From NCBI GenBank assembly GCA_043228905.1, contig JBHGNT010000008.1, positions 19,468,001 through 19,532,000 of the forward strand: a stretch of DNA of 64,000 bases. Reading direction: 5' to 3'. Below are positions 12,090 to 21,746 of the stretch, one piece after another; positions within the stretch are counted from its first letter, which is position 1, and each line of letters begins with the position of its first letter. This DNA is from Azolla caroliniana (Eukaryota; Plantae; Polypodiophyta). The position numbers were made by a program, and so were the translations under genes. The notes beneath the pieces were generated by a model. It was not told the origin of the DNA. It saw only the letters and a list, made by a program, of their open reading frames with translations, and searched no databases.

Positions 12090-15000
12090 GCGACAATTAC
12101 ATACTGGTTACCGGTTCGCATTGTCGGTGGTTTAAATGGACCCACAAAATCCAGCCCCCATTTCTGAAATGGTTCTAACGGCAATATTGGCTAGTGCGGC
12201 ATCCTAGCTTGTTCGGTTGGTTGGCCCATTCGCTGACATAGATCGCATTCTTTAGCGTACCGGACCACGTCTTTCAATGTTGTCGGCCACCATAGGCCAC
12301 TCTGCCATATCTTCCTTGTCGTAGCATCTCCGGCGTAATGGCCTCCGGCAACTCCGCAGTATGCTTCTCGTAGTATTATATCCTTCTGTTGTCTGCCGGA
12401 ATAGAAACCAACGGACAAAAGCGTAGGAATAAGAAATTATATAAGAGCATAACGCATGTAACGGTTCACGCAGGAAGCGTGAACGGCTAATTAGACCCTG
12501 CATATATAAAGGGCAGAAAACCTCTGATGGAGGTGCGTGTAATTTTGGGTATGTAAAGAAACACCTGATAATAGAATTCTATCTTCTCTGATTTTCTATG
12601 TATAGTTGCGGCTAATTCAGTTTCGGTGTCTTGGATACTTAAGCGTGGTAGTACGTAAGTGTAACCCTTGGTAGGGATTCGGTTGTAGCCGTCTTCCCTT
12701 ATACGCGGATAGGTTACAGGGGTTCTCCCCTTACGCATTACGCTTAAACCCCTGTTCGTTGTTCCACACCCACCTTGAGGTCTAGGTCGAAGGACTGACC
12801 ACGGACCGTGTTCCTAAACGGCAACACCTTCTTGTCATTGCGCACTGCCCGTCGCCATATACCATCCGCGCCTTTGTGGTATAGCGTGTCCCGTACTAAA
12901 CAGAAGTGCCGGCTTTGTACCGCCAGGCGTTTCCTCTCGTCCCGGTTCATCTCCTCCGGAGGCAATCCGGTGCTCAGAAATTGTTGCATATTCGTTAGCC
13001 ACTTATCTTCTTGTGCCACCGTTTCATCTGTTGTTGTTTCCGCGGTGACTCGAAATAGCTCAGCATCCAGAAACTCGTCTGAGACTCCGTCACCAGTCTC
13101 ACCGGAATCTAACCAGCTCAAATAGTCTGCTACTGCATGCTGTATGCCGGGTCGGTGGAATATTTCGAACTCAAATTCCTGCAACAGTAACGTCCACCAT
13201 GCCAACTTACCGGTTAGTGACGCTTTGGAAACTAAGTAGAGGAGTGCCAAATGATCTACGTGGAAGGAAAATTTCCTTCCCAACAAATAATGTCTGAATT
13301 TTGTCATGCTATAGATCATGCCCAAAGCATCCCTTTCCGTGGTGGAATAATTTCGTTCTGCTTGGGATAACTTTCGGCTTGCGTAATATATGGGCCGGTA
13401 CCACCTTGGCTCCGTAAGTTGCATCAGCGCACTTCCGATTGCAATGTCGGACGGATCCACGAACACATGAAACTCCTCAGCCCAATCCGGGGGTTGCACT
13501 ACCGGCGTTTGCGACAATAGTATTTTGAGTGCCCGGTATGCCTTGTCTTCGGTGTCCGTCCACTGGAACGGTGTTCGGTGTACCGCAGCATGCAGTGGTG
13601 TAGCTAGGTCCGCCAGATACCGGAGCATTCGGCTATGCCACCAGATTTGACCTAAGAAACGGCTTAATGCTTTCGCCATTGTTGGTGCCGGTGCCTCCAA
13701 TATTGCTTTTACTTTGTCCGGGTCCACGGCAATTCCTTCCTTGCTCACAATGTGTCCTAATAGCGCCCCGCTTGACACTCCGAATACACATTTTGCCGGA
13801 TTCAAGCTTAGCCAGTAAGCCCGACATTTCTCTAGACACAGTCGGAGGTGCTAAAAGTGATCTCCTTCCCGGCTATAGACGGCGAAGTCATCCAGAAACA
13901 CCTGCATGAATGTCGGTATGAACTCTCCGAATATTTCCATGATGATCCTCTGGAACGTTGCCGGCACCGTTTTTAGTCCAAACATCATTACTACGGCAAC
14001 AAACACTCCCCATTCGGTGACGAAAGCCATTTTCTCCTGGTCATCGGTGTGCATCCAGATCTGGTTGTATCCGTTGAATCCGTCTAAGAAACTGTATACC
14101 TCATGGTCGGCGACTGCGTCCAAAACTCCATCCATAAATGGGAGTGGGAATGCATCTATTACCGTCGCCGCATTAAGCTTACAGTAGTCGACACAAACTC
14201 TAATTTTGCCGTTTTTCTTTGGTACGACTACTATCGGGCTCAGCCATGTAGATTTCTTTATTGGGCGGATAAAGCCAACCCTCAACAACTTGTCGATTTC
14301 CTCCTTGACTTTGGCGGCGTAATTTGGATTCATCTGGTAGCGCCGTTGTGCTACCGGTTTGGCGTCTTTACTCAAATGTATCTGATCTGATATAGCTGAG
14401 GATCGAGCCTCACATATCCTCGTAAGACCAGGCAAATACATCCCGAAATTCTTTGAGAAGTGCAATCATCGCCGTTTTGTTCTCTGGAGTCATTTCCTTG
14501 GCGATGTGCACCGGTCTCGCCTCTTCCGTAGTTCCTAGATTTACCTCCTCTAGTTGGGATGCTTTAACCCGTTGCGATACGGCCATTTCTCTTTCCAGGG
14601 CCTCCTGTGCTTGCCGTAGATCTCGGATCACTTCTTTATTTGGTTCCTCGTCGGCTCCGTCCGGTTGCAGTATGTATGGTGATACGGCTTCGGCTACGTC
14701 GATTTCGAACAGAGGTACAATCTTCGGATTATCCTGCAAATATTGATCTACCTCTTCGTCTGCTAATCCGTCCAGCATATTGACGCATTCGGCATATAGG
14801 GGTGTCAATTCCTTCCCGGTACCCGTCCGTGGTTGTGTCAGTACCTGTACTTTTGCTTTTCCCCACCGGAAGGTGATTATATTCTTCCTCCAGTTTTGTT
14901 AAATGTGCGTCGTTTTCAACCACGGCCGCCCCAACAATAGTGGGTAAGCTCCTTGTGCCTGTAGTTGTAGCACTACTGCCAAAATGCGAAATGTGTGGCC

Positions 15001-17369
15001 GTCGATCGTTACTTCCAAATCTCGTATCAAGCAGGTCGGTCGCACTGAGCTTGTATCCGCCATCCGCAGCCAGAACGGGCATGGTTCCCACTCTTGGATT
15101 CCCAAGGTTTTGCACGTTCGGAGGCTAATCACATTGACGTCGGATCCTCCATCTATTACTGTTCCGGGTAACTCCTTTCCCTTCACGATGGTTGTGATTG
15201 CCAGACTGTTTGTGTCTATTACCGGTCGTCCCTCCTCCGGATTTGAGAAGAATGTTGGAGCCGGTGGTGTTTCTCCTGCCGTCATGCCTGTCTTGAGTCC
15301 TTCTGTGAATCTGGGGACTAGCTGCAGGAGTCGTCCTAATGGCAACATGATTTGGCATTCCTGCAATGCCTGCCATGTCGCATTTTCGGGCTGACTGCCG
15401 CCGACGAGCTCTTCGGTATTTTGCTTTTGTTGCGCAAGCTCTGCCATGTTTCGCGCATTCGCCTTTTCTACCCATTCTGTTGCCTGCTTGTGGATGGCGT
15501 CTTGCGCCTCCCATTCCGTCGCCTTACCCTTCGATCTTGTGGTTACCTACTGCAGGTCTGCGACTTCGGCGATTACCATGTTCACCGCCGGTCGTTTATC
15601 ATAGCTCTTTGCCGGTCATTGATTACTATAATGTCCTTCTTGTCGGCAATAGTAGCAATATGCTTTCCGGGTAGTGCTGGATTCGGCGTTGTTTCATGCC
15701 CCCGGTGGAGGACCTGTGGTAACGGCGGGGCTTTGATCTGGTTGGTTGTTTGAGGCGCCCTTTTCCGGTTCCCGTAGGTAACCCCTTTCCTTGAAATGGC
15801 GTTTCTTTTTATTCTGATACTCTTAACGGGGCTGGTCATCATGTCTCCCGTAGGCTTCCTGTCGTTGGTTGTAACCGGGGGATTGGTCTCGATTGTATCT
15901 TTCATACCATCCATTATGATCCCGGTACCGATCATATCTATCATACCGGTCATAGTTGTCCCTGTACCGGACATCCTGTGTCGGTCGGTATCGCTCTTCT
16001 CGCCTCCAACGTTCTTCTTCCTCCTCCTTGGTACTCCATGGTTCGATTTGCCGAACCGGTGGTGCTTGGCGATTCAACAAATTGTACTCGCATTGCTCCA
16101 TTGTGTGGTTCCTGGAATGGCACAGTAGACATTACGACCGCATGGTACATTCTAGTGCTGAGTGTCCGGCATTTAGGCGTGTTGTCCATTGAATGGCCTA
16201 TCAAAACCGGAGATCCTCATCGGTTGGTAACCTCGTTGGAGTGCTCCCATTGTTAGCCACGAGCTTGTTTTCTCCATTTCTCTAACCTGGTCGATGACCT
16301 GGTCAACGGTACTTGTGCGAAAGTCGATGATCGTGCATACTGTACGTAGAGGTTCCCGAAGTGCGGCTAAGAATATAGCCCGTGTTTCTTCCTCCGGAGG
16401 TGTTCGGGTAAGCTGACTGTGCATCCGTTGAAACCGGATGACAAAATGCGGAATGCTCTCCCCAGGGTCCTGCCAGATGGTATAAAATAGGCCCACCATT
16501 TCTCTCTAGTCCACCTCCTTCTGAAAGAAGTGCAAGAATTTAGCTTTCAGGTCCGCAAAGGTGGTGATGGTGCTGGGGTCCTGCGTCCGGTGCCATCTGG
16601 CGGCCGGTCCTTCCAATGTCACGCCGAATTCGGCTATCTTAGATCGTTCCTCTTCGGTCGCGGTTAACCATTGTGACACATGGTTCGCCTCCCATGTTTG
16701 TTGAAACGCGTGAACATGAGTCTCCGCGTCCGGGTCATCCCTATACTTGGGGTACTAGAACCGCATGTCGTCGTCCGGTGTCGGTGCGCGGTCTGGCGGT
16801 GTCGGTGGTCTTTCCTGCTCTTCCGTCGGCGTCGGAGGTCGTGGTTGGTCCTCTGTCGGAGGTCTTTGCCGGTCCTCCTTCGGTGTTGTCGGCTCGACTT
16901 CCAGTGTCGGAGGTCTTTCTTTGTCCTCTTCTGTCTCCGGAGGTTGCTCCACGTCTAGTGTCAGGGGTTCCCGGTCTTACAATTTTGGATCTGGTGTCGG
17001 TAATGTATCCGACTCCTCGTCCTCCGGTCCTCTTGGGGTGTCGTTACTGCTGCGATAGTTCGTGTGCGCGCTGTAACCCCCTTCCGAATCTGATTCCAGC
17101 GTCGAAAATGCTTCGGATTCGCAGCCTCTTCCGGCCAAGGCCTGGAGAAGGGATTCCGCTTCCCGGAGACTGCTTAAGCTACTTCCTTCGTCCGGGTAGG
17201 CGTTTTGTTGCAGACGGAGCGACTCCTCCGCCACTTTCCGGATCACTTTGGAAAATGATCGATCCGATCGGATTTCATCTGCCGCTTACTGGAAAGCCTC
17301 TCGCTGCCTTCGCCGTTCAGCAAGTCTTCGTGCTCTCTCCGTAACCGGGTCGTCTGTTGGCCTAGTCAT
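12090..17369 (-). pseudogene. Gypsy gag-pol (gag, protease, RT, RNase H, N-terminal integrase), many stops and frameshifts
   Basis: Probable ATG at 17369. Gag Q.PGESI..F..RF, CCHC-type knuckles, protease VIDGGS, RT LDGFNGYNQI/FLDD, RH YYASR..ERNYSTTE, integrase zinc-binding region GGHYAG..CDLCQR and core start KWGLDFVGP. Confidence 0.92.
12387..12826. mobile_element. Solo LTR (440 bp) of an unrelated family inside Gypsy pol
   Basis: Ends TGTTG...CAACA with 5-bp TSD CCTTC (12382-12386 and 12827-12831). Removing it rejoins RRAVRNDK to KDIILREA. Confidence 0.9.
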
Positions 17370-17406
17370 CCATTCCCGTCGTTGTTCACTACGATTATGC
17401 AGGAAT

Positions 17407-17417
17407 CGTGGTCGCCA
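17407..17417 (-). promoter_or_regulatory. Gypsy primer-binding site, probably tRNA-Arg
   Basis: TGGCGACCACG lies 7 nt after the 5' LTR and is complementary to a tRNA 3' end ..GTGGTCG-CCA. The tRNA-Arg(UCG) assignment is from memory. Confidence 0.65.
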
Positions 17418-17424
17418 AAAACTT

Positions 17425-17886
17425 TGTTAATCCTTAGGGCCGGACAACAGCCTAACACAGGGTGTCCACTTAAGACACTTCATGAAAGGGTGTTACGGCG
17501 AGATAACTTACGACACAACGCTTAATTGGACCTTAATCGGTTACTTAGCAATACATCATTAACACGCGTAAGATACAATAAGCACAGAACGGTAAACAAT
17601 ACTCAATGATTAGACAAAAGGTTTATATTACTCTCCGTTAATGACTACATTATAACCGGGCCTTTATATAGGTCACCAGTGCGAAGTACAAAACGGTGCC
17701 AACCGGCACCTATTCGGGATCGGTCCGGATCCGGATCGGCATACCGATTCCGGTCCATCCGTCCACATCTTCTCATATATTAATCTATATATTAAGACTA
17801 GTAATTTCAACAGATTCCTAAATAACAATTCCCCTTTTCACACCCTGGTCTTTGTCGTCCTTAGCTCCTTTGCCGGTCGGGTAACA
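17425..17886 (-). repeat. Gypsy 5' LTR (462 bp)
   Basis: Direct repeat of 1576-2039, adjacent to the PBS. Confidence 0.95.
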
Positions 17887-17891
17887 AATAG

Positions 17892-19066
17892 CGCTAAAAC
17901 AAAGATTATGCTTGTGAAGAGGCAAAAAAGAGATAAACCACGCATTATGTACAACAATGAGCCACTTGAATGTATGGAAAGCTTCAAATATCTTGGCCTT
18001 GAAGTTCCTTCAAATCATAGATGGAATGAATGTGTTACACGCCGCTTAGAGGCGGGCAAGCGAGCATACTATACATTTGAGAACACATGCAACCTTGGAG
18101 ATATTAAGTGTTGGGTCCTCAAGAAATATCTTTTCGACACTTTGGTGACACCGGTTCTTCCCTATGGGGTGGAAGTATGGGGCGGTAGCATCCCTAAATC
18201 TATGTGGAAAGAGTTTGAAAATGTCCAAAAACATTTTCTTACAAAGTTTCTACAAGTTAAGAAACAAACGCCCTACACCCTCCTCCTCCTCCTTGAGACG
18301 GGATCGCTTCCCATTGAGACCATGGCCATGGAAAGGGTTGTTGAATACATGCTTAAGGTTCAAAAAAGTCCCTCACATCGACTTCCTAGAATTGCGTGGG
18401 AAGCAAGCAAAAAGATCCAAAAGACACATAAAAGCAAAATTTTGTGTTCCGGTTGGATGCAAGATATAGAAAAATGGTTTGGTATATGGGATGCGAGACA
18501 CTTGCTTCATGATGCATCATTAGATTCCTATGTAAATGAGGCCTTTTTGCAACGCCAATGTATCATGACATGGGACAAATGTGGAGGCTCGCGCATCACA
18601 CATTATACTACACATGTTGCACCTAACTACAAAACCATATTCTTTGCGGAATGGGGAAATCTTACACATCGATACATGTTAGAGCCCATACCGTTATCTG
18701 CCATTTGAACCATTGCTTCCATGCGACTTAGCTCACATGCATTGCGATGTGAAACAGGGTGTTGGGGCACAAGTGATGAGAGTGGTCTGCTATGCACACT
18801 TTGCCATAAACAAGTTCGCGATTTTGAGTATCACACTTTGATACAATGCTCTGCCTTTGATCATATTCGACCATGCTTTCCACATCTCTTCGACCGAGCC
18901 CAATCTTTGCATGAATTCCTCTCACAAACACAATGTGCACTCTCGATTGCAACATTCATTGGTAAAGTTCTTGAACATCGAGAGTCACTACTCACTTTCA
19001 CACATATCACGTGAAATGTAATATTTTTGGTCTCATAGGTCATATTTGACCTCCGAAGATGATAAT

Positions 19067-19070
<4 letters not shown>
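17892..19070 (+). mobile_element. RTE-group (RTEX-like) LINE, 3' part
   Basis: KTKIM..FKYLG thumb, LFDTLVTPVLPYGVEVWG, RLSSHALRCETG and a CxxC..H....C finger. Stop at 19014, then a short 3' UTR that abuts (TC)n. Confidence 0.9.

Positions 19071-19135
<65 letters not shown>
19071..19135. repeat. (TC)n microsatellite between the two LINEs
   Basis: About 32 perfect units. Confidence 0.98.
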
Positions 19136-19138
<3 letters not shown>

Positions 19139-21598
19139 GTAAATCAATGTTTTGTTATTAAAACAAGATGATAATACAACCCTTGCTATCTTCACTACAT
19201 CATGAGTAGTGATAATGCATGGGAAACCCTCTCAAGTGTTGCAAAACTAGATGGCATACCTCTATCTCCTCTCGGGACAATGTCCCCAAAGAACATAGTT
19301 GCGAAAATTGCCACATCAATTTCCCTCTCATCCTACGAAGTTGTTGTGTTACCCCATGAAGTCCATCAAACAAGAACCCATTTCTCATGGTCCAATTAAA
19401 CCACATCCCCCAATACCTAAGGTAGTCAAACACGATCTTATATGATGGTGTAGGCATGCCTTTATTGTCATCAATAAAATCCCAATTAAAAGGTGACAAA
19501 ATATTGCCTGTTATCGATGCCCAAATCTGTGATATAACCACTCAAATGGCTTTAGCAACCGGACATGTAATGAACCTATGTCTGGCATCTTCCTCAACCA
19601 CTGTGCAAAAAAAACATGTCCCATTTGAAATATTTCGCCGTTTTAAAGCCATCGCCAATGGCAACCCACCAACAATCACACGCCAAAGAAACACCTTAGC
19701 ACGAAACGGAAGATGAGACTGACATCCTGCATCCAGAACTCTAGTCCACCACTTTGCATGTCGAGTAATATACCATGTGTTTGCAACCTTGGTTGCTAAC
19801 CAAGCTCTATCTTCAACCAACTTATGGTATACATCATTAGTGTTCACCACAAAATTGATTGTCCAATACCAAACGACCAATCTTTCCATGAGTCCGCAAC
19901 CAACAACATTGGAATCGGGAAAACTAATCTAGGCAATGCCAATATTGATTCCCAAATGTACCCATATCCCCGTGGTATATGAAACTTATTTCTAATTGTC
20001 CTAAAGGCCATCATTTTCCTACATGACTGTAATATACCATCTTCCACCGTTACCAATCCCAGCCTGGCCATTCTATTAAACTGTGTATTTAGGTTTTCTT
20101 TTCCATCCCAATGTAGTAGCCTTGAAGATGCCAATACCTCTGCTACCAAGGAATTAGTATCTTTTCTACACGTAGGGGGGCTCCAATGAAATAATTCCAA
20201 GCATCGCTGCCAAGAAAGCACTAATTGTTGGACCATAATAGATTCTGAACATTTAAATGCACGGGTACTATTAACAACATGCCACCACGATGTTCTAATT
20301 CTGGTTTTCCCATGGTATATACCAACCTTTTCCACAAAATAACGAATTATTTCTGCCCAAGGTTGGGTACCTATGCACATACCTTTCAACAGATTGAATC
20401 TTCGAGCCACCATATGATCCTCCAAGTTTAGTAATGCAACTCCCCCTAACCGTTTTGGAGTACAAATATTGTTCCATGATACCCAACTCATACCCAATCT
20501 TGATTCTTTCTTCCACAATGTATATTTAAGTGAACGAGCTAATTGATCAAGTGATTTCTTTGTCCAAGGTAATAATGGCAAAAAATAAGAAATCATTGGA
20601 ATCATTATAGCTTGTACCACTTTGAGACGAGTACTAAATGGCCATGCTTGAGACTTCCAATACATAAATTTGTCTAAAATGGTCCCCGATATCCAATTCA
20701 AACTTTGAGACATTGAGATATCAACACCAATAGGGTAACCTAAGTGCCGACACACATTGCCTTGATCCAATATTTGGCCACACCATCCAAGATCCACCAA
20801 ATCACTCTCAGTGCATCAGTAATGAGCATCAACTTTCGCATATTTATATGTAATCCTGACGCCAATGCAAACACATTCCACACCTCCATGGCTTTTGCTA
20901 TATTATCGGGTACTGCTTTGAGGAATAAGAACGAATCATCGGCCAATGCTTGTGCTATCAATTGTTTTCCTGATGGCAGAGCTAGTCCAACTATTTCCCC
21001 ACATGTTGCCAACTCATGCATCTTCACCAAAATCGGGTGTGTAGCAATTGCAAATAACAATGGACTCAATGGGCATCCTTGTCGAAGTGATCTTGTCAAT
21101 GGTATTGCTTTAGTTACTCCACCATTTAACATAATGTGTGACACTGCACCTAATCCCACCAACAAGGGGATGTGAGACATCCTTTCCCCAAAACCCATAT
21201 GGGACAAGAGTTGATTAATAAAAGACCAACTTACATGATCATATGCCTTCTCGATATCTAGTTGTACCATTACAATTTGTTGTTTGGATTCTTTTGCATA
21301 ATCCACTGCCATTTGCACATTCAAAATATTATGCAAGATATCCCTTCCTTTAATAAACCCATATTGCATTGGATGAACCACAGACGACAATACCTTTTGA
21401 AGTCTATTTGCAATTACTTTGGCAAAAATCTTATACAACCCACCCATTAATGATATCGGTCTCCATTGAGCAAAAGACGTAGGAGATGCCACTTTTGGTA
21501 TAAGCTTAACTAGGCCTATTTTCCATGAATCGGGCATTTTACCAGAACTCCACACTTCTTGGAATAACATTGTTAGAGGCCCTTTGAGTTCTTTTACA

Positions 21599-21601
<3 letters not shown>
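19136..21601 (-). mobile_element. 5'-truncated L1/Tx1-type LINE (RT + zf-RVT), frameshifted
   Basis: WRPISL, QYGFIKGR, LDIEKAYD, RQGCPLSP, LADD, HLGYP, and the C-terminal KVFLWR..CFFC..H.FITC. Confidence 0.92.

Positions 21602-21650
<49 letters not shown>
21602..21650. repeat. (CT)n microsatellite
   Basis: About 24 units at the 5' junction of the L1. Confidence 0.98.
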
Positions 21651-21653
<3 letters not shown>

Positions 21654-21746
21654 GCTCTGTACAACAATGATGATAATCTCTACATATAACAGTGTTGCCC
21701 TAGTTATATTTATACTTATATAACTTTGGGGCTATTTACAAATATT
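21651..21746 (-). mobile_element. Copia-family LTR, TATA region (right piece of the split LTR)
   Basis: The reverse complement ATATTTGTAAATAGCC..AAAGT..AGTATAAATAT.AC.TAGGGCAA..TGTACAGAG matches the segment just upstream of the GA tract in LTR 6378-7190. Confidence 0.8.

Larger units (their letters stand above)
1576..17886 (-). mobile_element. Ty3/Gypsy LTR retrotransposon, Athila-like non-chromovirus, decayed
   Basis: LTRs 1576-2039 and 17425-17886 (TG..CA). 5-bp TSD AATAG at 1571-1575 and 17887-17891. Domain order gag-PR-RT-RH-INT on the minus strand, with Athila-like VFLDDF and LLLQEFEFEI..PG..HAVADYLS. Confidence 0.95.
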
